Assembly (NCBI GenBank): GCA_964057225.1
Contig: OZ059899.1
Span: 8,866,001-8,930,000, forward strand
Direction of reading: 5' to 3'
DNA from: Auanema rhodensis
Lineage: Eukaryota > Animalia > Nematoda
Length of the DNA: 64,000 nt
The position numbers and the translations under genes are program-made. Positions 48,678 through 63,104 of the stretch are shown in pieces. Each line of letters starts with the position of its first letter. Position 1 is the first letter of the stretch. The notes under the pieces are model-generated. The model was given only the letters and a program-made list of their open reading frames with translations. It did no database searches and was not told the DNA's origin.

Positions 48678-51600
48678 TTAATGGTGAAAATCTGATGATA
48701 AAAGAGGGGAGATTCTTTTTTCTGGTCCGGCAAAGCAGAGGTCTTGACAGTTTTGAGCAAACTCTATTGGGCGTTCATCCATTTCTTCGGTTTGAGAACA
48801 ACGAGGATAATGATATGGAACACAGATAGGAGAACCTGGCTAAAAGAATTTTTTTGTTGATTTCAATTGAAATTATTTACCGGTCTATAAAATCTGCGAA
48901 TCATGGTTGGTCTTTTACCATCTGGGCAAACAGAACGCTCAACTCTACAACATCTAGAATTTTCCAAACCTGTAAAAAGTACAAATAGGATTTCATATTA
49001 AGCTTAAATTCCTTGAGCATTTTCTATATCAAAATAATTTCATTTTATTATTGCGAAGGTTAAATCATTGTTTATATAGGTTTTTTTAGAAGAAATGTTA
49101 GATATCCTGTTGTTTTTTTAATCAAATGAAATTAAAGCCGTACACTCCATTCGCAAAACTGGGACTCGCCGTATGACATCATCGGATAAAGCTTGCACGA
49201 TTTCTCTTGTCATGTATAGTTTGTTCGTTATATCAGAAGCATGCTTTTTAGTGTTAGGTACAAATCCATTCTGTCTTTTCCAATATTGTATCGATGAAGA
49301 TTCCAATTGAGCTTGTGTAGTAGTAGTGGGGAACTCAGTAGTCGAGGTAGTTGTAGTAGGCATAGTGAATGTATTTTCACTCTCTTCTAAATTTCAAAAT
49401 ATAACAAAGCTATTGAACACAAATACCTGTAATCAATTGCTCAACTGGTAGAAATTTTTCTACTGCTGGAGAAGAATACGTTTTCTAAAAAAAAAAGTTT
49501 CCGTCAGCTTAATGGTTTCAGAACTAACACTAGAAAACTTTTTGAATCTGTAGGCATCCATTAGAGCTTTCATTAGCTTCTTGTTTTTTCGAATAGCCTT
49601 AAATTAACAGCCATGTTTTGAATTTATTTGTAATATATACCTTTCGGATATGTTTATCATCCCAAGGAATAGATAAATCGCCAGCAGCTTCGAGCTCACC
49701 AAGAATATCTTCAACAGAAGGTTCTTGAATTTGTGGTTCAGCAGTTGAAGCTGCTATCGTGGTTCCAAGATCACGATAATGAATCTTTGAAATATTCAAA
49801 CGTCTTTGTAATCGCTTCTCCATTTCAGGAGTTAACATCTTTCTCAGTGGCATATCCATAGTCAACCGATTTAGGAAAAAGTCTTGTGTTCCCTGAAAAT
49901 GTGAGAAATAAAATGAATATTTCATTGGTGTAATACATGTGGACCAGCTGTAACTTTAACTCGACGAAGATGACTTATTGGCTCATGAGATATTGGTGGA
50001 GAAAGTGTATCTGAACTAATTCTCGGATGTTCCTCAGACGAAACATTATTTATGTTTTCTGGATCCATTGATAAAAGAGAATTAACAGAAGTGGAATGAA
50101 TGGTATTTTTTTCAGCGCTGTCGTGATAAGATGTTTCTTGCTCTATGTGAAGAGAAGGAGTTCCTTGTTGTACATGATCTGTATCTTAAACAATTTTTAC
50201 TCAATCTTCATATTTCAGAACAACCTGTCAATGCATCATGTGCTTTATTAAGGAATGTTGAATTCTAAAAAATAGAATATTTTTTAGAAGTTAATAGGAA
50301 GTATACCTTAGCGGAGTTCAAAGCTTCTTCCATCATCAACTGAGTCGGTCGTGGCATATCATCTTCAATCTTAAAAATAATTGTAAAATTATAAAGCACA
50401 AATGTGAAGATTGCAAGAAAGATTTGAAAATTTATTAAGAAAATCTTTCTCAAAAAGTCTCATTCGGAACATTTGAGACATATGTATATATGACACTGAC
50501 ATCCGTTAACTCCAAATGATGGATTGTTCATGCCCCTATTGTACATGCGTTTTTTTCTTAGAAAAACTCTCGAAGGTGTCTTCTTTTAATTTTTTGTAGT
50601 GAGATCAGGAAGAAAGATTTCTATTCTCAAAAAGTAGATGAAAGAAACAAAACCTACAAAACTTAACAAAAAAATTGTTCGATGCTTTAACGATAGTTGC
50701 GACATCAACAGCTCAAATCTGGATGCCGCGTAATGAGTTACTGATTCAATATAGAATGCAATTACACATACATATGTCTTCATAAATCGTTCACCGAAAA
50801 TTTGTAATTGTTTTGCGGTTTATGAAAGCGTGAATTTAATAAATATCTTCCATTACATAGATATTTAGTTAGATTTCTACTCTCATAGGTGTACAGGGTA
50901 TTATGCATAATTCGAAAAAATTGACCTTTTCAGGATTTCTAATAATAGCGCTGAGGGTGAGGGTCACATGAAAAATTTAGATGATAGGCCTACTTAGTTT
51001 TTAAGATTCTGATAGTTTATTTGGAAATAACGACTTTTGATGTGACTGCACTTTTTTCAGTAGAATATGTTAATAGTGAAGTCCTATTAAATTTCAATGT
51101 CTGAACAGAAAAGGTTCAAACTTTGAACTAACCTGCATACAACTCATTGGTGCGCATTTCTTTGTTTCATAAAGAATAGGACATATTTTTCTGAAAGTAC
51201 CTCCAGTAGATAAGGATTCGGGCAGAGGAGACTGTAATACATCTCTGAAATAATATCTCGTTACAAGTACATTAACATCGAACTCTTACCTATTTCTAAC
51301 AGCTTCAGCATACTCACATGTTCCAAAACATTCTCCCCATTCGGACCATGGAGACACTATGCATTCTGAAAACATAAATCTTAATCTTACGGTAATGAGC
51401 ATACAACAAAGGATTTCCCCAACAAAATTTCCCTTTTTGTCAAAGTCTTTAATCTATTTCTAGTAGAGATTCTTTAAGTCAAGCTGTAATTTTTTAGACA
51501 TGTAAGGGAAGATAATGATCATAGTTAGACTAAAGCGCCTCTATTCCGCATTCCACTGATCGAAGATCGGCGTTGATTCCTCGGATTCCGGAAAGCATGT

Positions 51601-52382
51601 TTCGAATTTTTGCACTTTTTTATGTTTATCAGAGGATAATCTGGCAAAAAATCGAAACATTTACCAAAAAAAACGTAGATTGAAACAATAGTCTCGAACA
51701 CGGTTAAGGTGAAGTCAAAAAAAAAACATAGTTCAAATGAGATTGTAATCAACTAGGATAATTATGCTTCAAAGAAACGAATAATTTTGCTTTTATTAAA
51801 ATATCAGAAAAAATATACATATATCGGTTCTTAAGTATAAGAAAAGATTTGTTATGTGTTTGGTCGAAATTCATGTAGATCGGGAAAAAGTTAAGTAGAT
51901 GATTTGTATGTATATTAATGGATACATACCAACTTGTTACAAAAATTTTGAAATTCATTGGTAGTAACATTTTTTTCCGTAGAAATGGAAGTTATCTGAG
52001 AAAATAGATCATTATCTATCTAAGTCATCTACTTCAACAGTTGTTGAAATGTAATTATCGCTTTGAAATGAGTCAATAACAAAAGAAAAATCTGTATGGA
52101 AAACAGAGATATACTTATGAGGAACAGAACAAGAGAATGTAATAAAAAATTCAAATGTCTAGACGAAATTTCATGATGTGATGCCCACATACTTTGAAGT
52201 TCGGAAACATTTCGAAAAGTAGCAAAGCTAAAAACGGATGAATAGAAAACATAGCAAAAGAGAAGAATCTTATTAATGTTCATCATTATAGTAAATAATT
52301 TATAAATTCAATTACCTGAGCCCAGCGCTCGTAATATAAGAAAGTTTACCGCCACAAGTCGAATTACGTACCGCAATAACAT
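48678..52382 (-). CDS. Secreted protein: N-terminal spondin-type TSP1 repeat, long Ser/Thr-rich linker, C-terminal Kunitz-like Cys domain
   Basis: Signal MLLRYVIRLVAVNFLILRALGS; CIVSPWSEWGECFGTC...RNRDVLQ...CPILYETKKC; TTTTSTTEFPTTTT; C-terminal CPDGKRPTMIRRFYRPPGSPICVPYHYPRC...FAQNCQDLC. Exon structure around 50450-50600 is uncertain. Confidence 0.75.
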
Positions 52383-53959
52383 ATTTGAGTAATGATGACT
52401 GAAAAAGAAAATAAAGATACTTTAAAATAACTACACGGTAAAAATAATCAAAGCTAAACACAGTAAAGGAATTGTTTTAATAATTAATATGGTACATGTT
52501 CTTGACAGCGCTTTGAAGTTAGGATAGAATAGCCTTAGATGGAGGTCAAAAATATGTAATGGTTGTCCTGAAGCCGACACGCCTCTCCTCAAAGAATCTT
52601 CAATAGGCCACTTCTCTCCTTTCTATGTATCGTATCTTCTACTAATTTTATTTTCATCTTTATCTCCGTTTTTTGACCCGCCCAATATACAGACAAATGT
52701 CTATGTACGACACGAAGACAGAAGCCGTTCGCCTATAATGGATATAACTGCAATAAATTTGAGCGATGTTCCGCGATAAATGAGATAAACTCAGAAAGAA
52801 CATGATTGCGACACGAAAAAACATATATTGGTTAAGATGACTAATGACTATTGCGGCTTTCAGCTAAGTACCTTAGTTATTTTATAAAAACACATAAATT
52901 CTTAACTCAAAAGGTTAAACGCTATTCTTGATATAGTTGATGCTGAAATATATGAAAGGTTGCAAATTAATTGGAGCTACGGGAAAGGGAAACTGTCTTT
53001 GAATAATGTTTGAGGTTTTCTTTTTTTTAATTCAAGTATGTGGTATACAAACTTGTCTTTAGCATTATCTGTAGTTTTGGACCGTACTGCGCGTAATATT
53101 GATTTGAATAGTTCTGAAGATTCATATAATTCTTGTATTTTAATTGAATCAAATCACCGTTTTTCTCGGAAAAACGAGTAACTGAATCATACATTCCAGC
53201 TTTCGGTATGTTGCACTTTTCTAAGTGTGTTATATATTTTATTTCAATACTTTGTCATAAAGAATTTTCTTAGATTTGTAATTATCTCCAAATTGGACAT
53301 TCCAAAGTAAAACATCAGAAATTAATTTTTTTAGGTCCGTATGACTCACAAAGATTGTAATCATAAAAGAATACCGAGAAATGCATGTACTCCTTATACA
53401 GCTTTTGAAACATTCGAGTTTGAACTTGATAAATGAAATCTTATTGTTTGTTCTTTTTCAGTCATATTAAAAAAAGGAATCATAGCCAATCTTTTATCTG
53501 ATTTAGTATAATTGTATTCAATAGTTTTTATATTTTATCATAAAACAAGTGGTTTAATAATTTTTATTAGAATTTTGTTTTATAATTCAAATTATAAGCC
53601 AATAGGAAAAGAAACAAATAAACAAAAACATATACACGTATCAATGAATCATACAGTTGCTCTAATACAAAGACTCTGTTTGCAACCTATGTTAAATATT
53701 TTATAACATTAATATTATTGTTTCTGAGTAAATCAGAACTGTATAATAATCCTAGAACTGTTCTATCTTTCTAGAATTCATCTACCGAATTAAAATATTA
53801 ATTCTAGTAATAAAAACTACAGAAATTGTTAATTTATGCTAAATGAAAAAGGAACGAAGTGATATGTCTGAGAGAGGTACGAAAGAAAATAATGTACACG
53901 TGAAATCTTTGACGTTAAGATGGCAAGATCGTTTGACGCCATTTGGCGTCAACTTGGCG

Positions 53960-56900
53960 CTACGTATAGAATCGATCAATGAATGTATAAATCTGAGCAA
54001 ATGCTGGTCGATCCGAGGGATGTGATTCAAAACATCTGCTCATTATTTCTCGAATTCCTCTAGGAACTGCTTCAGGAATTCTTAATATTATCTGAAATTG
54101 ATGATTTTTTATTAATAATAAGAAATATTTTGAAATTACCACGTTATTATCTTGTCCTCCAACAAGTCTTTCTGCATTATCTACGATTTCTGCATTAGAC
54201 ATTCCTTCGAAAGGCATTATTTGGCACTGGTTCAGCATTTCGAAACAACATACAGCATAAGCCCAACAATCAGACTTGGATGAAAATTTATTCTACAAAG
54301 AGTGTACTGCATTTTTGTCACATATGAAGGCGATCTTACATGTATTATGCTTTCTGGGGCGCTATAACGAAGTTGTGCCGGATGAGAGGGACCACGGGGA
54401 GATGAGATCTAAATAGTAAGGAAGTTTTAATAAGTTTATTCCAGTTTTAGTTAGTAGCACACCTTTGCACGTAGAGTATCGGAGAGTAGTATATGACTGG
54501 GAGTTAGATGACCATGAATAAGCCCTTTTGATTCCAAATAAGCCATTCCAGAACAAACATCAGCGCTGATAGATAGAATAGACGATAAGCTTCAAATTAT
54601 AATTTATTACTTAAATGTTTTGATTTGAAACTTACGGCAACGGCTGACTCAAATGTTTCAAATAATGCTTAACATCTCCCAATGACATCAGCTCTAAAAG
54701 TAATCCAGCATTTTCATCTGTTCCCAAAAGTCGAATGACATGAGGATGGTTGGTCATCGATAATGTTTTCAGTTCATCCAATAAAGCTTTTCTAAAAAAT
54801 AAAAAGTTTTTCTTCAAGTAATACTTCATATAAACCTCGAATGAAGATTATTCTTGTCTTTCGGACATTTATATGCTGCCGTTGGTTTGTTCATTGGAAG
54901 AAAACATTCTTTAATTAAAGTAAGTTTTCCTTCACCAATATTAGCCCCAAATCTTAATTTTCCATATTGATAGCGTTCAATCTTATCAAATCTGAATTCA
55001 TCGTATTTAGAAAACATATGGCTATTCAGCAACTCACCCATATGTATCACTAAAGAGATTTCCTGTAGCATAATGCTGAGCATCATCAGCATAACTAAAA
55101 AAAAAAGAATTAAATTTTTAAATAAAAGAAACAATAACTCTGTGTGTTTCGGCCTTCTAGTCGTCATTGATGATTTGATATCGTTAGAAACTCTTCGTTG
55201 TGATGGAAGCAGAGGTAGTGTCATACATGGTTCAGCATATATTCGTTCTTCTGAATAATATATTAATAAGCAATATTTTTAAAGGCAATCTAACCGGGTG
55301 GAGGAGGAAAATGGAAATCATTCCAGGTAGGAGGAGAGTGTTTCCCCAGTGAAGATGTACTCTTTGTAGAAATACTGTAATATGTTCATATGAATACGAA
55401 AAACATAATGTATTACAAACCTTGTGCTAGTAGTTTTGTCAGTAGCATATACATTTCCATATTGTGATGTAAAACTGGTTGGAAATATATGTGTGGTTTG
55501 TTTTCCACCCATATGTGTAATTATAAGATCTCTGTTAATGAAAAAAATAGCTTTAAAGAATAATAACTTGAGTAGATACCTCTTCACATCTTGCTGAAAC
55601 ATATCACCTTTTTCTGGACTTTTTCTTTTTCGAACACACAAAATGATAAATATAATGAAAAGGAATATGAAAAATAGGGCTGAGAGACCTGAAAACAGAG
55701 ATAAATTAAAATTTTGAAACTATATATTAATTACCTAAAATACTTAGAATGTTTCGATCAACTTTGATAAGGCCATCACTATTATCATCCTGTGTGGATA
55801 CAGTATCATTGGATAAAACTGAAATACAAATTTGTTATTGAAAGTAAGAAATAGATTCTAAATCTAGAGTACTCAGAGGAAAGAAATCGTGTTAGTAATC
55901 TATGAACTAGGGAGTTTCTATGAAAATTAAGAAGTAAACAAAAGCACAAAGGAAACACGAAGGTTACAGTAAACTAGGAAGTTGAGAAACTCACGCTCGT
56001 AGTCCTCAGGCAAATATGATATTGGCCCTGAGTGATTGTAACAATATATATATAACCAAATATAGTTTTGAAATCACGAGACTTTTGTTTTTGAACAAAA
56101 TAGTATCGAACTAGCTTCGAAAATAGTTTTTTGTATAAAAATGATGAGGACAAAATAAAACAAAACTAAAATATTCTCTCATAATCATTATCAGATGCAA
56201 AATGTGTTAATAAATAGGATTATATTTAATTCTATATTCTTTCAAATATTTTCAAAGTCAACGTACCAGATGCAAAGTGAATTTCCGTTAAGAATAGCCA
56301 ATCACCAGGAAATTTGACAGTTACACGAACTTTTCTAGCCATACGTCTATGCAATGGTATTCGTAAATCATATCTATAAATTATTTAATATAAAAAATAT
56401 ATAAATATCTGAAAAGTTACCGTTTAGCTGTAGAATTTGCTGCTAATCGATCCAGGGAGGAAATTTGTGATGATAATGGAAAGTTACTTCCATCTTGACT
56501 AAAATTAATTTACAATTAAATAATGGTCATTGAGATTAGAATTTAAATTAAAAATTATTTAACATACCTGAAGATGACGTCAATACTGCCTAAGCGATGA
56601 CCATAAATGGCCAAAAGTATCTCAGAGAAATTTCGTAGTTGATCAAATTCAAATAAGAGTGTAAGTGTTCCACCTAAATATATTCAATCTATGATCTATA
56701 CGATGATTCCTTTTTTTACCAGTTTGATGCTTATTCCAACCTATCCAGGATGCATTTTGATTTGTACTTAGAAATGGAGAAGAATCTGCTACATATCCGT
56801 CACTAAGTATACCAAGACCGCTGAAAGATAACATATTTGTTCAGACGTTTCAATAAAAACAAACCGTTTAATGCCCGTTTCTGTGAATAGTTGATTATCT

Positions 56901-59900
56901 TCAAATATTGGATCACGGAAATCATATTCTCCCATACGCGATCCTTCTGGCACTGTTGAATAATAAAGTAATCCATCTAAATGAACAAAACATATGAAAA
57001 AAAATCAAAAAATGTTTAACCTCGGTGAAGACATCCATGAATTTCTGCTCTCATACATATAGTTCGCTTTGTTTTAGAATGAGGGACAATTCTAATACGT
57101 GAGGCAATGATAGGGGGATCAAGCTGCCGCATAACTGCCGTAACTGTATCGCTATTGCCAGTCATTAGCTTAATCATATAATATATTCACAAAAACTAAA
57201 ATTCCCAAAATACCACATGTCCAGTTCGATTAGTATATCTTATCCATTTACTTCCTGGACGAAGATAATCTATCATGTACTCTTTGGTAAATTCTCGTCC
57301 AGTTCCATTTCCAAATCTGCCTTGGGTTTGAACAGCCGATATAATGTAAGTTCTATCAAGATTAATCTAAAAAACCTCATTGATCAATAAAATCAATTTC
57401 ATAAAAAACTGGAAGATTGATGAATTATAGATAGATAAATGCATGTTTCATATTTAAAAGATATAAATATATATACATTCATATTTATGAATATGTATGT
57501 TTACAGTGACAGTTTTTCCCTCATCTTTCTACATCTTCTCCTCGGTTTTCTCTTTGGTAATAAAGTAATTTAACTTATCGTATATAGATGTATATAAACA
57601 GTAAGAGTAAAGAGATGTATACTATATGTATGTAAATGTAGTTATAACATTGTCAAAGTAAATAAGACAATGTGACCCCAAATAGAGTAAACATCTCTCA
57701 CATTGATACAATTTTTTCTTTTCTTCAACCAAAAGAGAGCGCTTGAACATCTTCGAACATCTACTTATTCTCTAACTCCTCCCAAACAAACTTCCTTTAC
57801 TTTGATACAAACTATTGTATTTCCTACCTGAAGAAATTCATACGAGTTACCATCAATTTGCGGTTTTGGACACCAGGCTCCTGAAGCTTGTTCATGCCTC
57901 AATCTGAAAACATATAATAAGAAGTTTGCTCCTTATCAGGCAAACGCATTTTAAGTTGTCTTTGTCTGAGCTGTATGGATTAATGTGAGGTTATTTTTGG
58001 GTTTTGCAATGGTTATGTCAAATTTTGTACGAGATCGGGAAATGTGTAAGCAGGTTATATTCTGTTAAAGACCTCATACGTTTAAACATTGAAGAAGTTT
58101 AAAATGTGAGGTTAGAGGTTTGAACGCAAGTAACAAATCCCTTTGGTACGTTTCTGCATGCTTTTATCCTGATTGCCCCTAATTACCCTAACAACCTTAT
58201 TAAAATGGGGCAAAGAACAATGGACTTTTGAGTTTTGAAAAGGAACACGTTCGGAACAATAGATTTTTGTTTCCATACTTGAGAAGCTAACCAAGTTTCT
58301 CGAATAATATACAATTTCGAATAAGATATTCAAAAAAAAATTACGATCTATATATTACTATAATATTAAAGTTCTTGAATAGTTATTAAAAAATAAGTTC
58401 TTTAGTCTTCTGCTGTAGCTTTCTATTTATTTCTATTCACTCTCTTTTTTCTCTCCCACATATTTTCTTTTTTGATTCTTTTCACATTGGGAAACAACTT
58501 AATATATGCTTTGAGGATTCTTTCTTCATCCATCATTTTGATTTAAACATATAATACAATGAATACCGAGGAGGTAAATAGTTCACATTGTAATATATCA
58601 CAAAACATATTGCTCTCTGTTCCTCATCATTTCACCCCATTTCCTGAACATTGTTAAACATTGTAGTCATTTCAATATCTCTCTTAGTTTTTCTATCATG
58701 TTCATGATTATTATCATCATCATCATCAACATATAAGATAGAAAATTCAGAAACAACTGTTTTTTCTATCTTCATAAGCATCATTCTACTTATAAATGAT
58801 TGAGTGACAGACAAATTCAACTCAAAACTAGTATAACATAACGACAAACGCCAAGATTTACGAAGATATGAAGAATATGGCTAACCTGGCATTCTGAGGT
58901 CCAACTGACTGGCGATCAAAGCTTGTACTTGCAGTAATTTGAGAATTTGTAATTTCCCCTGATTCCATTCCTAATGGCGAAGCTTGACATTCTCCTGAAA
59001 AGTTGATTAATTAAAAAACAATTTCTTTGTCATCTGTTTGATAATTTTCCTTGATATTACTAAAAATAATATTTATTTTCGTTTCTATACCTTTTTACTT
59101 AAGGTCTATCAGTTAGTATATCTGATTTATAGATAAGATATGTTTAAGATATCATCATCACTCGAAACAATCAACATTTAGTAGTATTGTTGACTTGTTG
59201 ACCTTATATGCATATAATGTCAAGATGATTTATTATTCCATTAATACGCGGATAAAAATAGTCAATTCATAATAAAAGTTTAAGTATAGTAGTAGTTTCA
59301 ATTCATTCAAATCATGTGCGTTAAATCGAAAAATGTTTTTACTGTTTAGGCATAAAAGGAAAATTAAATGAATATTTTTGTCCCTCAGTTATAATAATAT
59401 TAATTACAATTCACGACCAAATACATTCTTCTGTAATTTCTCTATTTGGATTAGTTTTGTTTAATATTATTATTTAATCTATTGAAACAACACAATATCA
59501 ACATATTCGTTTATTAGCTCATCATGTCATCCGGATGATTTTTGTTGATTGGCATAGGTGATAGAAGTAAATACTATCGGGATACGTCAAAGGATGACAT
59601 TCTACAACAACTTCCTATATATTTCCTGCTCATCGTTTCAATGTAGCAAGCATCATAAATAAAAGAACAATAAAGTTGTATTTCTATTCTTTTGAAGGTT
59701 TAATGCAAATAAATTCAATTACTATTCAATCATTGTGATTCTTGATTATTATAAAGTTATAACAAGAAGAGAAACTAAATAGAAAAATATATTTCTAAAT
59801 AGTAGGTTAGAAATAGAACATAGTATTCAATTGAGCCAAAAGTTTGATTTTGCAGGTGAACTTCACACTCACGTGAAACTATTGTGAATTATTATATTGT

Positions 59901-62900
59901 TTTCAATAATATCGCGATGAATTAAATATGAAAAAACTATACTTCTATTCAAATCCCAAAATTATTTCAAGTTGAGAAAAATAGAAGCCTAGCTGAATGA
60001 CGCTTAGTTTTGTCCCATGGGAAGCTAAATGTATCGAACCTATTTATATTCTTTCTCATCTAAACTGTTCTAAAAATATTGAGAATTCAAAAGGGGAAGA
60101 GTGAAACGAGACAATTCTCTCAAGAGATTGATAAAAATGACTACTTTACCAAATAAGTCTTGGTCCCCTTTTCTAAGATTCTATCTCATGTTCTCTTCTT
60201 AACTTCAAGTCTTTTTCGATTGGTCTTAGCGTCAGTTGGAGTAACCCATCATCAACTGTATAAGGATGAGGCTAGCCGACGATTGCTGTCATCCACTACG
60301 CTGCAAAGATGCCAGAACCCCTACCGATAACATACAAGGTCACTTAAGTTTGAAAAAACATTACCTCAGTACATTATCAGTCAATAAAAACAATCTATTA
60401 TTTAATAATTTGTATGATGAAGTCAAATACATTTACATACATAAACATCAAAAGCCTTTTTGTTGCTTAACCTTATGAATTCAAAACAAATCTGTTATCG
60501 ACTTAAGCATGATGTCAGAAAATAAATGTGATATTAATGTATATTCCGACCTTGATTAAAGACCTCCGAAAACGAGCAATATGCAGTTATTGGTAACACC
60601 TGTCCAATTTACAGGCTGCTTCAAAGCACAAAGAAACTCGTCATCATTTCATTTGTTGAAATTGTGGGTCACACCGCAGTGAAATTTAGAAGCAAAATAA
60701 GGAGAAGGAGATGATACATACTTCTTTATATGAACATATGTATGTATAATATACATATGTAAATATATAGCATTTTTTGTGAATTATTCAAAATTTAACA
60801 AAAATGAATTGTTCCAAGTGTTATATATTAGACTAGGCTTAATAAATTGTTTCTCATGTTCAACAACATCATTCAATTCACTGTTTAAAACGTCCTGTCA
60901 TCTTCCCACAAAAATGATTAATGTCTCAGCTCAGCCATATGTTGAATAATCTCCAATGAATTCAAATCCAAATTAGTCTTTCCTGGGATATTTAAGGAAT
61001 TGATGTGATGTATTAACTTCACGAATGGAACCAAACAAATCAATAGATGAAGAATACCTACGTTTGGATGGCACTACTTGAGATAACAGACCCTCAATCG
61101 TAACATAATGACATAAAAAGCATTGAAAAACATATATACTGCGTTTAACTAAAGCCCTTCTGTTGCGGCATTTCCTTTATAACCCATGAGTAACAAGAGC
61201 AGGTAAACAGAAGGGATAGGAAAAGAGGTAAATTTTTGTTTGGGATTAGGAAAATCGAGAAAGAAGATCCTAGAGAGGGACAGCTGCAGAAGTAGTGCGA
61301 AGTATCTATCAATGGCATAGTTAAGCAAAGCAAAAAATGTCAATAATTGCTCGCTATCGCGTTAAAATCTCAAAGAATAGGATTACAAAGTAGATCGCGC
61401 ATTTGAAGGATAATGATAATAAAATATAATATTTGCTATCATTAATATTATATAATACTATATATTTCAATAATTTGCACAGCTGATTCAGTAATATGAA
61501 ATCAGCACTCTTGAATCAATTGCAAGTTAATGCAATAATATGTTTTGTTTAGCTTCTTTTATTTTTTCTAGAGCAGTATAAGTAAATATAAAGGCCACCA
61601 ATATCATACAATTCAAATATTACGTGGAATAAATCAACATTTACTGCCAAATACCTATTTAAATGGTATGAAGCTCATAAGCTCGAAGCTGCTACTTGAA
61701 CTAAACAACAGTGGCAATTGCAACAAAAGCATGAATGACTCTAATGATTCTAAAAACTCATATATTCTTGTATTCTTCCTAATAGCCCAGAGAATTCTGC
61801 TACATAGAGACCTTTTTGATAATTGTCCTTTATCTATGCTTGTCTCATTAATTATTCTAGGAACAAGATACAACCCGAATCTTGATTCAGCTTCATGTAG
61901 ACGTATGGTAAAGCGTTCTCATTCTATGTCGGGTAATTTACAATGTGTAGAATAGGAAATGAGCAGCGGCGGGTGAGAGAGAAGACACTGCAAGAGGGCG
62001 GGGTGAGGTCTCCAAACTCCGGATCTCATTCTCTCCCACCCTATTCTCTGCTTTTCTCTATGAGAACCTTTCCTCTAATTTTGAGAGGTCATCTCGATCT
62101 CTCAAAATACCTCTTCTAACAAGAATGTCTATGTAAAAAACATAAAAAAGACACCATTTCAGTTCATTTTCAATGTAATGCCGTTGATTTAGTATATAAT
62201 GAGTTATACTATAGAAGATATAAAGCGATAATTCGAATTCGTGACAAAGAAACCCATTATATATAAGAGGCTCCAGATGACACAATATCAGGAACAGATA
62301 TTAACAAAGAATCAGCATATATTCCAGAAAAGAGCAGCTTGCGTGTCCAAATCGAACATTAAATTAGTTTATAGCTAATACGTAGATTGACATTTTGCAA
62401 GAGCAAATTGAAATCACGAAGAAGAAGATTATACAATTAGGTTGTACAACTATTTTTACTTAAAACTTGCGCAAACTCAAAAATTTGCTATATGTTTAGG
62501 TTTCAAATGAAAATACCAGATAGAATTCTTTAAGAGAATAGATATTCATTAGTAATTACTTTGTAAATATTTAGAATTAATTGCACATTCTTAAGCTTAT
62601 TTTCGTCTGTCATAAACATTTGAAACAATCTGAACTGCCAAGATACTCTTAGATGTATACTCATACATTTCTCTCCATACAGTTAAGTTTGATTGAACAT
62701 GTCAGATTTCTCTAATACTTGAAGCTGTCGTGGAAATTCTAAAACTATTCATGGAATACATCGCTTTTCTTGTCATCCTAGCTTTTTACTCACTAGCTAA
62801 CGCGTATAGTTCATGATGTTTGTGAAGAGCCTTCAGCAGGCTGTCCGACAAAGCTAAGACTAATGGGTTCCTAATAGAGGATAGAGATAGCAGTAAGGGA

Positions 62901-63045
62901 AGAGCATTAATTAAGCTTTAAGCTTTTTGTTTTTCTGCCAGACTGCTGGTCACATTATGCTAATTCCAGTGCCTGTTCCATCCTGTTGTTACTTGTGTCC
63001 CTTTAAGAGCATCGTTCACTTATTATTTCTATTTTAGCCTATCTT

Positions 63046-63104
<59 letters not shown>

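Noticed and set aside
60160-60172. TTGGTCCCCTT match to the miR-133/miR-245 5' end
   Set aside because: Match stops after about 11 nt and there is no precursor hairpin.
61655-61873. Candidate signal-peptide exon for ddr-1
   Set aside because: Donor phase is incompatible with the discoidin exon; the exon at 63995-63935 fits in phase and sequence.
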